Below, piece by piece: positions 48,401 to 62,664 of a stretch of DNA of 64,000 bases. Numbering within the stretch: position 1 is the first letter of the stretch; the number at the start of each line of letters is the position of its first letter. The stretch spans positions 22,359,168-22,423,167 of the forward strand of contig OZ316892.1 in assembly GCA_973895155.1 (NCBI GenBank), read 5' to 3'. Origin of the DNA: Marsupella aquatica (lineage: Eukaryota; Plantae; Marchantiophyta). The position numbers were made by a program, and so were the translations under genes. The notes under the pieces were generated by a model. It searched no databases. It was not told where the DNA came from and saw nothing but the letters and a program-made list of their open reading frames with translations.

Positions 48401-51400
48401 GATTGAATAAGCATCATTCTGCCGCAACTTCCGCTATGAAGGAAATTGAGAATTGTTCCTCTGCGAGTTCTGTGGATTTTGTCAGCAAATAACAAAGACA
48501 GTGCTCTTGAGGTGAACCGGTACAAGCGGATATCATTCACAGCAACCTCAGTGGAACAGGAGCATGAGAAGAATCAAAGTCAACCGGAAACTTACGAAGG
48601 CTCCCACTGGTCAATGGGAAGAGGCGTCTTGTTTCAACAAAAAGTATTCCACATCAGCTTTCGAAAACAGAATTGAAGGACTCGAGACCCATATTGAGAC
48701 AAAGGCACTAGTTGTACAACCATGACGTTCAGTACAGTCCTCTTTCATCTACGTACGCTGATTCGCTCTCGTCAATGAAGGACATTACAATAAAACAGAA
48801 AAGCACCATTACCACTCATCTAGTGTGCCCTGGATAAGGTATCACTTGACGATATGTAGAAGAGTGTTCTTCGATGAGTGCAGTGAATCATTCTTGTGTT
48901 AGTCCAAGTACTCACTAGTACGTGAATAGTAAGGTGGCCACACCTTAATTTGGTGCGTTGACACCATTCAATCGACTGGTCCTCCAGTATTGTTGTAAAC
49001 GATCAAGCTACGGGTACAATATATCGTGTACTTCACTAATGCGGTGGTCACTACCACCGAAATCGTCAATACAAACACTAGTTACTCGTCTGTGCTACTA
49101 CTCCACTCTCCTAAACTGTACCCGGTCGCTCTGCTACGCGGATGAGCAAGCTCACATAGCCAGGTGTATTAGTCGTTTGCTGCCTTGTTTGTAATCAGTG
49201 CGTACTCTCTCAGTCATGTTGTAACCGAGTTTCCCAAAAATAGGCTGACCGCTGAATTGACTAGGGCAGCTGAGATTAGTCTCGTTCTGTGGAATTCTCG
49301 ATATCAATTAGGATAAATGTTTTGTCCGTCCCACACGAATTATCAGTATTTTGCCACATTGTTGCACATGCAAAATTGACAATCGCCCTGTTAGCTAAGA
49401 GAAGTGAAATACCCTGGTCTGCGAATAGTTTCCCTACGTGTTGTACACTAAGTGTTACTGCAAATGGATCAGGATGATATGTTTTTATATGTTGATGACT
49501 GCCTCAAACGGCGACTATGCCTGTTGACTTGCATTTGCCGCTGAGCTTCTCTGGAACAGTTCGCGAATGATTCACTGTGTACAGAACAGCTGCAACTGAT
49601 GAGAAGCAAATCCTAACATGCTTATCTGCTCCATTGGCAACCTGTCAAGCAGGATATATACCCAGACGAGTACCCAGAAAGATCATTTGCACTCATTTTT
49701 CACCCAAATTTTGTCAGGTGAAGTGCGAGTGCCAATCTCATTTCACCATCTTACACACCGAATAACATAGCTACAATTAACTGTGACAAGAGACTTGGTG
49801 ATCGAAGAACTCTTCCAGAAAACAACCACTGAGCTAAATAATCAGGTGCTCTACAAAGCATGCATGTCAGTGTGGGAATAGGAAAATAGTGCAACTTGCT
49901 CAATCATATGGTTCCGGATTTGCACTCGCTAGTCAGTGAATCTTGCATGATTTGCATTCATGAAGTCAAGGTTAGAAAACGCACTCAATCTTTGTACCCT
50001 CTCATGAAATTCGAGGTGCGATTTGGGAAAAACTAAGTTATCTGATGTGTATTCGTCTAGTGGTTACATTGCAAATTGTACCTTAATGTCCTGGAACACC
50101 TTTACAAGTCGCTCAAGTATGTTGGAATCAGGCGCTTTCTTTTAGATTGCGCTTCCAAGTGCAGATCGTCAACAGTGTACCATCTTGAGTCGCACTCGAT
50201 CCACTTTCGCTGGTATTTAGGGGAGCTTTCCCCATGTTATTAATCTGATTATTTATCCGTCACCAGTAAAGTTCCTGAAGGACTGTCGATGCCCCCATCG
50301 CCGGTGTCCCTTTCATTGTCTAAGTTACCTTGTGTCTTCTGTACATATACTAGCTCATTGCTACATTCCTCATTAGTGGAGAATCAATAAACATTCTTAT
50401 AAATTTTATATCCAGTCAGTTTATCGTTTAAGTTGTTTCTTTGGGAATTCAGTGGCTGAAGTCCATGCCACGATTCACTTTGACTTGACTAAACGTCAAA
50501 TAAGATTGCACACATTGTCAGATGGCTTCATTTCCATCGTGCGATGGTTATGTTGCTTAATTCACTCTGCCTTATGTATGTAGCACCTGTAATGCTAAAG
50601 TAAACGAGCTCTTCATCATTAGGGTTTGAGCCCCCGTTCAACATTTATCCCTATTGCTGGAATTCAGCGATATAATTATGCAGGACCTATTGTCACCATT
50701 GAATATGAATCGTAGATTAAGATCCGTACTAGGAAGCACAAAATTTTATGGAGACAGGTAAGGCATCCACGTTGCTAGACTCATCATGACTTGAAGCATT
50801 CAAGTTTCAACCTTCGACTCAACTAAACTTGACGTTGCTAAGACAGGGAGCGAAAGAAAGGTCCACCACTCCACCTAGCTTTCAATTAATGCGGAACCGC
50901 TAAAAGTACATGTAGTTGTTCTCCGAAAGAGCTTTAACCCCTAGAACTACCTGTAGACGCGGACATGGACAAGAGTTGGTTGTGAAAGCAGGTGGGCAGG
51001 CTTCTACATCTGATTAAAGAGCCTATTACGTAACAACAAATGCTCGGTATTAAAACACTCCTCGCTGACCAATTAATGTACTGAGCATTGGCTAGAACAT
51101 AAACCTCAACCCTAGATATGGCTAACGACATTGATTTGGGCCTCTCAATGGATCGAGCACTCGATCCGCCCAAATATTCGTTGCCGTCGGTTTGCGCCTC
51201 CTAGCTAGTATCAATCAGCCACCTATCGGAGTCCCGGTAACTCTGCACATCAAAATATGACATAAAATCAGTGAATGCACCCTTGTATTACCACATTTTG
51301 GGCTACCTGTCCTGGGAATTTGTTTGGGGTGCTAAAAGTTTACGTAGGTACTTGTGCAGAGTAGTTGAACGAAGATAGGCGCAGCCATGGAAGACTTTTG

Positions 51401-54189
51401 ACGACAGTCACAACTGCGCACATGTTTTTATTCTACGTGATGGAGCTAACTATAAATTGTTATTGTACAGGACCATTCGATTTGTACCTGGTTGACCTAG
51501 CCTCACTGCACTCGTAGAAATAATAGATTTTCCCGTGGACTAGTCAACGATTTGAAACCTTACTCATAGAAATCACAGATTGTCAGGTACACTAGTGAAC
51601 GATTTGCAACCTTGCTGACTACATGAACCAAAATTCGGGTCCCCTAACTGCACATCAAAATATGACATATTGTGTATTACATCCCTCCATACCATGATAA
51701 ATCTACTTAGTTTCTTTAAATCAATGAGTTGCACACCACATTTTGATGTGTGATTACCTGCATGCCAAATCTCTACCCCGACAAAATTATGGTACATCCT
51801 CCTTGAATGGGATAGTCATACTGATCTACCAGTAAGTGCCTGTCCAAACGAACTCTGAAGGGCCAGGAAACTCCCACCAGCAAGTCTATAGGAAGTGGCC
51901 GTGCGACGCGCGTATGGGCAACTTGAGGCTGACAAGTTATCATGAGAAGGTAGTGACACGTCTCCATCCTTGTTGGGAAAGATTTTGAAGACCGTCAGAG
52001 TCATGTAGACACAGATTGCTACCCTATTGATAACTGACTGAAGGAAGCATTAGGTGCGATAAGTCGCCTTCCCCAGCTTGTGTAGTCGTAATCGACAATA
52101 ATGACTAGTGAAAGCATACTCGTATTTGATTTCTGATCTCCAAATGTAGAAGAGGAATCTTTGGACTCGGTCGGGACTCGGGAGTGCAGACCTTAAGTAC
52201 TCTAATTGAAGCGTGGACTTTCACCATCAACCTCTGAGTTTAACTTTTTCGGCCATTGACGACGGCACAACAAGAGACAACTGCAGACAAAGCCATAAAG
52301 TTCTAGCAAAAGTCAATGGAACGAAACGTACGAGGTTTTTGTTTGACATGCCGTCATGAGCACTTGGGAGGAAGCCAACGATGTGTGATCCCAACGATGT
52401 GATCCCAACGAGCTTAATTATCTAGGGTTCACCTTATTACCAGATTTTAAGACGATGCACCCGTTCTAAAGATTCTGGTTCATGGTCACTGGCTGATAGG
52501 AAACAAAAACCATAGCCAGTTTTAGAGAAGTGGCGAATACTTATGAGATGGGTGGAATCTAGCTAATTTTTCGCTACCCAACTCCTCAGTCCCCGGCGAC
52601 TCTCAGTGCAACCATGAACGGTGGGTAAGCTGCTGTCGATGACAATGGCTACCCACTGTCGTTGCGTGAAATAGGATCTAAGGCTGTGAGAATTCCTACA
52701 GTAACAGCTACAGTGAGGTTGCATGAGCTCAAAGGACTTTCTAGGCGTTTTCCGGTGGGAAGATCAGGAATCAATTCAAGTATCCCCAGAGCCTTGCTTC
52801 AAACAACAGCGATGAGCTCGTCAAATTCTCAAGCTCATGTGCGAAACCTGCCATACAACCGAACGAGAAGAATGAATTGGAGTGAATTCGAGTGAGTGAA
52901 AAGACTGAGTGTTGTACGTTCAAATTGTTGATCAATTTGATTGAAATCAACACGAGTAGGATAGAGTAGATTTTTGTGTTCCGGATATGCAGCATTGTTT
53001 TCTGTCCAGTTCTCATTCGAGAATTGCTAGGAAGCCTGTTAGAGAATTGAACGAAACCCAACACAACTGACCCACCCCGCAGCAGTAGACGAAATCGAGT
53101 ACTTCAATCATACCAGGTTTTCAAAATCATTGACAAAAACCTACACCCACCTGCAGCCGACAAAGAGCTGATCCTATATTCAGAGAAATAGTTTCCAATC
53201 AAACGTAACTCATCATATTCCCTCTGCGTTCATGATGTACGAAATTGACAAAAGAAACCATTTTAAGCACAAGAGGCATTAATACGATTCGCCTCTGTAA
53301 AATGATATAATATAAGAAGTGTGATTGAACATGAGCTCATGGAAGATTACTGTGGAGCGGCTCTCATATCCCTGTACATTTTAACTACTGTATGAATGTT
53401 GATGCCTCTTCGTTGTTCAGACAATGTCTGGGATCGAGGGAGTCTTTTTACATGGAGTGTCACCGGGAGTCTCACACCCACCCTAAGAAAATTGTCATGA
53501 TTTAAGTCTTCTTGAATATTAAACTGTTCGGATGTTCGGATGTTTTTGATGCTCATGAGATATAATGTGCACGAGTGGAGCATGTACTCAATGAATAAAA
53601 GATTATCAGTTTTGAAAGCGAATGCCCTTGAATTAGGGGATTCTCCCAAGATTCATCTGCCTATAAAGAATTTGAACTGTACACGTAAATTTTCAAGACC
53701 TTCGTGTGTTCTGGATGGGAGCAACTATTGGAGCTCGTCAATTGCCAGACACCGCTGCCCAAAGAATGCAAATACTGTGTGTTTCTAAATGGGGTGCTTA
53801 CTTGAGGATGCCCCCAGATCTCAATCCTAGGAATTGTCTGCCTATTTACAAGAAAATTGTTCGCGCTGCTTTTGGTCAGGACCTGATCCAGCCACTATTT
53901 GGAGGATTCGGCCTTGATAACCATGACCGTCAACTGAGCTCGCGAGAATCTATGCACCGCCACGCAAATGTGTGTGATCCTTAAGAGCGATCTGTAAGAA
54001 TCCAATTCATGTTGCATTTTTTGGAGACCTTGACCGCTTCTGAAACCTGAAACTGTCAAATCCTGTCTGAATATGATCATTCTTGCTCTTGTGCATAGCA
54101 TTGCTGCCAACTATGCCCAGAAGCTGAGAACCTCAATTCTTCACCCCCTCAGTCCGCTGGAATGTTTGCAAAGACACTATTCCAGAAAA

Positions 54190-54264
54190 TCAACAGTCGT
54201 CGCCGTCGGTGGCGCTCAGCCACGCTGGGGCGTCATCACCGTAAAACATGTCGTTGGGATCCAT
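54190..54264 (-). CDS. Micropeptide MDPNDMFYGDDAPAWLSATDGDDC (24 aa)
   Basis: Intact minus-strand ORF in an AAAATGG context; TATAAA at 54558-54553. Confidence 0.75.
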   Translation of the reverse strand: MDPNDMFYGDDAPAWLSATDGDDC

Positions 54265-56793
54265 TTTAGGAAGCGGATTTGTGAACGGATTTGTGAAGTG
54301 TTGACTCAATCAAATGGTTCAACGGCGTACAAACTTGTCGCCTGCAATTGGATGGCAGATCGTTGAATGGCCAGTCCAGAAACTGGTTTGATCTCAGCCC
54401 TCAGAAAGCTCTCGGTTGACAATTCGAGAGGAGACTTGCTGTTTGGAGTCCTTGTTGTGTAGTGCTTGATAGCGCTCTGGAGCTGTGTTCAATGGTGAAA
54501 TGAAATGAGTGTGAAGTTCTCTGATACGAGAGACTTGCTGTCCATGGCGGACTTTATACAGCTCGCCATCACGAGGTCTACGCGTCCGAAAAGGCTCGGC
54601 CCATGCCCTGCCTCCACCGCGTCGCTGAGGCTCAGCCCGGACCATCAAAGTTGACCTGACAAGGCTGGAGAGACGGACCGCGGTATAGGTGTGGTTCGTC
54701 AAAACAGGGGATTATTATTAATTGGTTAGCAATAAAATCTACTCCGAAGCAAAACTGTTTCCTCCCTTGGATCATCGAATCCAACGGCTTTTTGTGGCCT
54801 TTCATTCGGTATTTGTTAAGTCAGTCTGTGCGGTCACCGGCGAGAGTACCAGACCTAGCTGGTCAAGGCCGGGACATGACCGTGAGGTAAGGTACAGGGA
54901 CGCGGCACAGGAACTCCTCATCAAGTCGTTACATCGGAACGACGCGTTTACAGTTACGGGGCACTGTAAAGTTGGGCGAGTCGTTGTTTGTCGCGAGTAC
55001 TTTACTGGCTCCAAGACCCGCTACATTGCTTGACAGTACAGTGCGTGCCATGTAAGTTTAGTAATTCTGCTTTACGGTGGTGTAAGCCCCAACCTTTGGC
55101 TTCATGGGGTCAACTTTGAAAATCTCCTTGATGGGAGTGTTATCTTTGATCAACTGTGGGCTGCCGTTCCAACCCCCGCCAAGTAGAGGTTTCTCCCATG
55201 AAGCAAAGTTTTTGAGTTTAGGCCAGCTAATTAGAAGTAGTTATTACCACAATTACAAGACAGAATATCTAATTTATATAATCACAATCATAGACCATGG
55301 TTTGGGGCCTATGGTCTAGAGTGAAGATATGTTCTAGAGTGAAGTCTTTAGACTGTGCATATAGAGCTCAATAGGTCTCAATAGATCCCATCAGAGCTTA
55401 GTGAGTTTCGTGTAGTAACAAAAATACTCACCAATATTTATGATTTTTTTATCATTTAACTTATTTCCGTGGCCAATCTTGTCAACTAAAAGCAAGAAAG
55501 GGGCCGACATCCTCTTCTAATGTCAGTTCCAGTGTGACACTGAATCTGCTTCCGCACTCAACTTGAGGTATTAATGCTCAAAACCAGTTGGTCCATTTAA
55601 ATTTACATGGGTGTCATACCCTTGTAGCAGTGCAGCAATTTATATCACCAGATAGTACATAATTAAAATTTTCATTTTGAAAAGTAAAAGAAATTTGATC
55701 TACTCAGTGTGCACCAGTTTCCCCCCCTCCCAAAATCAGAAAACAAAAAGAATTCCCCCTCCTCCCACCACATGAAGCATCCCAAGTCCACTTTGTCCGC
55801 CCTCATCCCCCTCCCCTGTGCCCCATGCCAATACCCTCTCACCAGCTACTAATGTTTGGAATGTGGTTTTGTGTAGGGTAACCCATTCCCAAGAGGGGGC
55901 AATGGGATGCCCTCCTAGAAGACCCCAGGGGGTTAGGGCCCATTAGCCCCAAGTGTAAAGCCTAAGTGAGTTTTTGAATCATTCACATAGTTTTTACAAT
56001 CATTAATAAAGTCTCATCTGTCAGTCTGTCACTTGCGCTTTAGGGTATATCTCATTCAATTCCAGAATCCCCAGGCCAGGTTGGCACAGGGGTTCCATGG
56101 CCTCACCCGGGGTAATGCCTGGTAACCACTTGCAAAGACACAAAGAAAAAAAATTCACGAGGGGTTTAAATTTGCACAATACACTCCATTCCTTATTTTT
56201 GTTCAGTGTTTTGTAGGGATCCTGGTTGATGAGCCATTAGATTTCATTATCGAAAGGTCAATATTTAAAGCTGTAGTGCGGAGCAAGTAAATCCGATGGA
56301 CAAATTCAACGTCTCCCGTCGCTACGGTAATGCTCTGTGTGACGCGTGGTTCTACTACGAAGGAGCGTTTGAACCACACCGCGCAGTTACCTCACGGACG
56401 GACTGCGTCCACTGCAGTCCTTCTCTATGGCAGGGTCAGGTCAACTTTGATGGTCAGGCTAGGGACGCTGAGCCTCAGCTACGCGGTGGAGGCAGAGCCC
56501 TTCTCGGAGCTGTATAAAGTCCGCCATGGACGTCAAGTCTATCGTATCACCATCTCACCATTGCACACTGCTCAACGGCGCAATCAAGCTCCACACAACA
56601 AGGACTCCTGCCAGCAAGTTTCCGGGCCACTCCTCCTCTCGAACTATCAACCCAGAGCTTTAAACCGATTTCTGGACGGCTCATTCAACGATCTGCGGTC
56701 GAATTTCAGGCGCAAAGTGTGTACGCCTTTGAAGCCATTTGGTTGGGTCAAGGCTAGAGTATTGTACTCAGTTCACGAGTCCACCCTCCTAAA

Positions 56794-56868
56794 ATGGATC
56801 CCAACGATATGTTCTATGGTGATGACGCCCCAGCGTGGTTGACCGCCTCCGACGGTGACGACTGTTGA
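56794..56868 (+). CDS. Micropeptide MDPNDMFYGDDAPAWLTASDGDDC (24 aa)
   Basis: Intact ORF in an AAAATGG context; TATAAA at 56513-56518. Confidence 0.75.
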   Translation: MDPNDMFYGDDAPAWLTASDGDDC

Positions 56869-59800
56869 TTTTCTGGACTAGTCTCTTTTTCTAATTCTCG
56901 GCGCTGGAGCTTCTTAGTTGATCACTGCTTTTGGGGCATAGTTGGCAGCAATGCTGTGCACGAGAGCAAGTGTGATCATATTCAGAAAGGATTTGACAGT
57001 TTCAGGTTTCAGAAGCGGTCAAAGTGAAGGTGTACAGAAAATGCAACATAAATTGGATTCTTACAGATCGCACACATTTGCCCGGCGGAGCACAGATTCT
57101 CCCGAGCTCAATTGCCATTTACGAGTCTCGGCGGAGTGTATAAATGAATATGAAGGCCGAATCTTCCTCCAAATAGCAGTTGAGAATGACACCATTTGGC
57201 ATTGCTCGATCTTGTGACCGGATTCAGGGCGATCAATTATTTTGTAAATAGCTAGCCTAGACAATCGTCAGGATTGAGATCCAGGGGCATCCTAAAGTCA
57301 AGCACCCCATTTTGAAACACACACTAATTGCATTCTTTGGGCAGTGGGCTCTATCAATTGAAGAGCTCCAATAATTGCCCCCCTCAAGACCTCATTCGGT
57401 TCTTGTCAATTTATGTGAAGTCGAACTTCTTATAGACAATTAAGCTTTGCGAGAATCCCCTAATCCAAGGGCGTTTCGCTTTTAAACAGGACCACCTGCT
57501 ATTCATTCCGTGCATAATCTACTCGCGCCGACTATAAATACGCTCCTGTCTCGTTCTATCGATATGCATTGCTGGTCTGTTTATATACACTAAGAAAATT
57601 CGTCATGTCCAATTGATTGATAGTTCTTGGCGAAAATGTCTATCTTCTGCTTTCAGATGCTTTCCGTAGTGTATCCTATGAATTACTTGGCAACCAGAAA
57701 AACTTTGCTATGAAATTCTTGACAAGCATTTGTCAGCCCATTTTCTTGTATTTTGTCCTATGAATTTATTGTCAGCTCGTGTTCTTGTAAACAAAATATA
57801 CAAACGATACAAATTTCTGCCAAGTAATTCATCGGAAATAAGTCAAGATATCAAGGCTCGAACGGTTTATGCGTTCTGACTTTGGAACTTTATGTCAATG
57901 TCCCCTTTAATAGACCAGGATGAAATGTTGTGAATGTCATTATTTGGGCATCATCTTGTCGTCATATTGAACTAGAGGAGGTGAATTTATGAATTTTTGC
58001 ATGGGACCTGGGATGATGGGAAAATTCACTCAAATTGATGTAAGCAATTGAGCGAGTATTAATGACATCGCTCGTGCTCAGAGTGAGCTGACTGGTCAGC
58101 ACATTACTAAGAAATTAAAGGTTAATTTACATTGCCAATTAGCATCATTGCGAAACTGTAATCAATGACTCTTTACCAGCAGTTGTGCTTTTGTTGTCTT
58201 CAACGTTGAACAGCAGGTCTGGTTTCTTGTTTTGTGCGTTCAAAAGGGGAAACCGCACAAGCAGGTCTAGTTTCTTGTTTTCACTGTTAAAGTCGGTATT
58301 GATGCTGCTTGACGACTAAGCACCGAACAGAGAGAATAAGTATACCGATCATAATTCTACCAAACCTTGTCTCAACCTTGATATTATCTAATTATTTCAT
58401 AGGCATGTGCTGAAAATTTCGGAAACTTAGATTGCGCTTGCATATTACGACAGTAACTGAACTGTTGGTCGGAAGGTAAAATATTATTAATGTATGTCTG
58501 GCAAATTCGAAGGGGCACGGTAACAGCAAAACATGCTCCTTAGAGCTACAATTGTATACATAGATCCAGAATATGTATGTCAGGCGAATAATGTGATACT
58601 GTCACCCAGTCGGACACAACACAATGGCACGAGATAACCCGTCTGGTGAAAAAGTCTTAGATTGTCTGATTTCCATCGTATTACCGTAGACTCGGCGTAA
58701 TAACGTATTACCGTAGATTGTCTGATTTCCATCGTATTACCGTATTACCATCTCGAAACGTGCGCGTCCAGTAATTGTGGTCGTTTTGGACTGGTGGGTG
58801 CTTGAGGCACCATTGCAACCGAACAGCATCTAGCTTGACTGCGGCAGTAGTCATCAGTCCGGGACGGGTGGTGGTCGATCGATCCTAAAACAAATCACTG
58901 TCCGTGTTCTCCACGGTCTATGGCTCAGGTAAATGACCTGGTCAAGAATTGCTATGCGTAGTGAGAGGTGCCAGCAAATTCGAGCTCCAACAATCAAAGT
59001 CCCTGTAACTCCCGGTACGTCTCTCGGATCCTATCGTTGCCATATACCATCCCCTGATCCTTTAATTGAGCAGATTTTGAGCTCTCCCTCAATTCCTCCT
59101 TCAGCCGATCATAATGCCCAGTGAGAATTAGTTCTGCCTTTTATTGACTTCAGTACTCAATCGGGCTGGGAGACCAGCATTCGTTGGAAGAGACTGGTCT
59201 AGAAAATAGTACTGTTATCATTTCGGACAGATAAAGTGGATCGAAGAAGTCGGCCTTTTCTCCTGGGTAAACAGGTTTTCTCAACGATCCTTTTTGGCAT
59301 TTGAGGTGTAATGTAATGGTTGCAGTTCTATCTCTTCTGTACGTCATTGGAGGAAAACTCGGGAAACAGCCAGCTACTCTCTTGGATTAACTTCGAGAAC
59401 CCTCGCGAGAACCACATGAATCGGTTCACAGACAGGGAATTCCTAGCCTCATTATTTGCAAGATTTTCCCCCCAGTCTAATGCGGAATCCGAACTAGCTT
59501 GCACCGAGAGCGAGCCAATATGTCCTACTATAGTGAGTACCTTGACATGACTGTCCATCATCGCATCTGTGTCTTGTTCTTCGTATTTTTTCGAACGAAT
59601 GGCCATAAGTTCAGCAGTTCTTTTGGAGGATCAACTTCCAGAAAAACAGCATTGTTATCTCGCCGTAATGAGGCTAGCTAGTGCCCTAATCGCAGTACCA
59701 CCATGCATCCTCTTTAATAGTATCTCACACATTTTTGGCAAACGTTTATCTGCCCTTCGAACTTTGAGGAGGCTAAATCTCTTCCACCTTAATACCCAGT

Positions 59801-60649
59801 TTGCAGATCATGCTTCTCCTCAAATCGTGGGAGAGAATCGTTAGGCTAAGAGTGCTCCCGATACCGAACTGGCTTTCTACCCTACAAAGTTAATTGACAT
59901 TGTCAAAGTCAAACGCTGAGCGTTCGGTAGTGCCCCTGTGGATTACTAATTTCGCCTAGATGGATTTGACCAAGGAGGACATGCATGATGTCTGTGAGGT
60001 TTTAGTTCTTCAAAGTAGTGCAGTGTATGAGTCGCTTTGATGGAAGGCTCAAATATCTACAGTAGAGTACGTCCTGCCGCTGGAGCCCTAAGCATGGACG
60101 ATGTCATGCAAAAGTTGTTTGCCTCGTGAGATCTGCTCACTAAAGTTTGTGTTCGGTAAATTATGAAAACTGCAGCTCCTCGAGATATACTTGGATTGGA
60201 AGTCGAGGCCAAGGACTCTCTACGCTATCGGCCTCCTAACTACCCACTTTACAATAAACTCCTTTAAAGGGTTGCGACATTTTTTGAAAGTGGTGGTCAT
60301 TCAAATTTGCAGGGGTACAAAAAATGAGAAATCCTATCAGAGACAAGGTAATGAGAAATCGTTTCGGAGAGAAGGTATAAAGCCAAAAAGTGAATTTAGT
60401 TTAGTCTGTACAAGAAAAAAAACACCATTGTTAGATAAACAAAAACAAGATATTATAGTAACACAATGCACCACGATCAATGAGGATATTCCGATCATGG
60501 AATGAAGTACGCTACATACTCAATAGGGTGTACATACTCAATAGAATAGTATTGCATAGTTTCCTGTTATACTTGGAGGAGTTAAATTGATACTCATTGC
60601 ATAGTTTCCTGTTATACTTGCAGATAGTGCTTTAGTCAATAAGGGGACT

Positions 60650-61344
60650 ACATACGCTACTCAGTTAAGGAAAAAACTATTATTCCAATATTTGGGGGGC
60701 TTTTTTATATTATTTTTTGTGTCATTTTCGTTGCCAAAAAACCAAAAACATAAGGCCCAAAGATAAAAATCATGGAACGGGCGTTGATGGCAAGGTGTCG
60801 GGCAAGGGGCACACTTACACAGTTTGACAACGTCTTTTTACTTCACGGTATTTTTCACATAACGACCCTTTTGGCACCACAACATCTTTTTACTTCATGA
60901 CATCTTTCACATAACGACATCTTTGGCTTACCAACTTTGTTTTGTTAATGGCATCTTTGTGTTTGACGACATCATTTTACTTGTTGAGATCTTTCACATA
61001 ACCACATCTTTGAAAAACAAAAAACAAAATCTTAATGACATCTGACTTTTTATTTGACTAAATCATTACTTGACGAGGTCTTTCACATAATGACATCTTT
61101 GGCCAAACAACTTTTATTAGTGACATTTGTTTTTACTTGACAACATCTTTCACATAACCACATATTTGACAAAATAACTTTTTTTGAACATTTTTTTCGT
61201 TTCACAACATGTTTCACATAACAACATCTTGGGCATCACAACTTCTTTTTTCTTAACAACTTATATTTATTTCACAGCACTTCTGACATAACATCATCTT
61301 GGGCGTCACGACATCTTTTGTGCAACACACGGGTATTGAGCTAG
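60650..61344 (+). mobile_element. Non-autonomous Helitron-like element (5' end uncertain)
   Basis: The 3' end GTGCAACACACGGG-N-CTAG|T is a degenerate hairpin plus CTAG; the interior has TTTCACATAAC(G/C)ACATCT repeats. Confidence 0.5.
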
Positions 61345-62358
61345 TGTTATTATAGTTCTTGATGGGACCCATGCCAAAACAAGTTCTAAGTGAATCCTAA
61401 GTGAAGACTATATGGTTCATGTCTTTGAGTTTGAATTTCTACCATACCATTTGTCTTTAGGTTGTTTCACACAACCTCTGCACGGGGTTTGCATGATGTT
61501 ATGGCGTTTCTCTTTGTTCTATTATCTAATATGGAATGAATCCTTCACCTTTGGCCATAATTGGCCTCAGCCTACTGCAACGTTCATATATTTTCCAAAT
61601 GTAAAATTTGTCTAAGTATGGAAGGAACCAAACATCTTTTAGACTTGGCTGTAAGTTTGCCCGTTCAATCAGCCAAACGAATGCACTACTGCAATGTCCA
61701 GTAAAACATTATTAGCAATTTAATAAGAAATTAGAAAATAGCATTTGCAAAGGAGACCGTAAAGTCACCAAGGTCATCGTGAGAATAAAAATAAGGACTC
61801 AGTCATGACTTGCCAAAACCCATTAAGCAGATGAGGCAAGGTATCATCTGCTTGGGATGACGCACACTAAATGATTGTCTAGAGTTCATGCACCAATCAA
61901 ACACTATAATATTTACTTTCTTCCGCCAAAAATGTCCTTAGTTTGTTTATGAAATGAAAAACAGTGAGAGCTCATCTTGGCCATTCATTAAAAAAACTAT
62001 TTTTGCACAGTTTCACATTGGCCCATACACCTCCTTTATCTCGACTGTCTGCCTCAGCTGCCCTGAGCCTGTCATCACCTGCTTAAGATAAGAAAACTAA
62101 TTAGAAAATTGAATATATGAATTAGAAAATAGTTCTGAAATGTTTTTTAAAAGTAAATAAACTCTATAAATAAAGGAACTGTAGAAAATAGTTGAGTATG
62201 TACACCCTATTGAGTAGAAAATATCTATGTAGACACGAGGGAGTCTACATGACACGAGGGAGTACATTTGCCCCCCTACCGGACAACAAAATTTTGGCAG
62301 CAACAATCACCCAAGCAAAATTTTGCACCCATAAATGACCCAAACAGAAAGATAACAC

Positions 62359-62664
62359 CCCGGGGTCCTCACTTCTTTTCTTCCGACCCATCACGCGCAA
62401 ATAAGTGTAGGGTTTTTATATTGGGTTTAGTGAAATACTTTTAAATTTTTGTTGAAGAACATTAGGGTTATTTTAATCCAATTTTGAGAATTATAAGAAT
62501 CATAGGATTTTTTAAAACCAAATATTAGAATATTCTTGGAATATTCCATTAAGTTAGGGGTAAAAAAATTCCTAAAAAAAACTTTATTGACTTAACTTTT
62601 AGGGTGTTTATTCCCCCAAACTTCGAGCGTGATATGAGACATCCCTTGGATTGAGGCCCCCGAG
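62359..62664. mobile_element. MITE of the 8-bp-TSD family, reverse orientation
   Basis: CCCGGGGTCCTCACT...TGAGGCCCCCGAG with TSD GATAACAC (62351-62358, 62665-62672). Confidence 0.8.

Larger units (their letters stand above)
53590..57510. repeat. Inverted duplication: arms ~53590-54680 and ~56410-57510
   Basis: Long reverse-complement blocks, e.g. CTGAAACCTGAAACTGTCAAATCCT versus AGGATTTGACAGTTTCAGGTTTCAG. Each arm holds a TATA box and a peptide ORF. Confidence 0.9.

Noticed and set aside
47900-53500. Short ORFs in the long intergenic stretch (also 57600-60500)
   Set aside because: No recognisable domains, splice-consistent exons or repetition.
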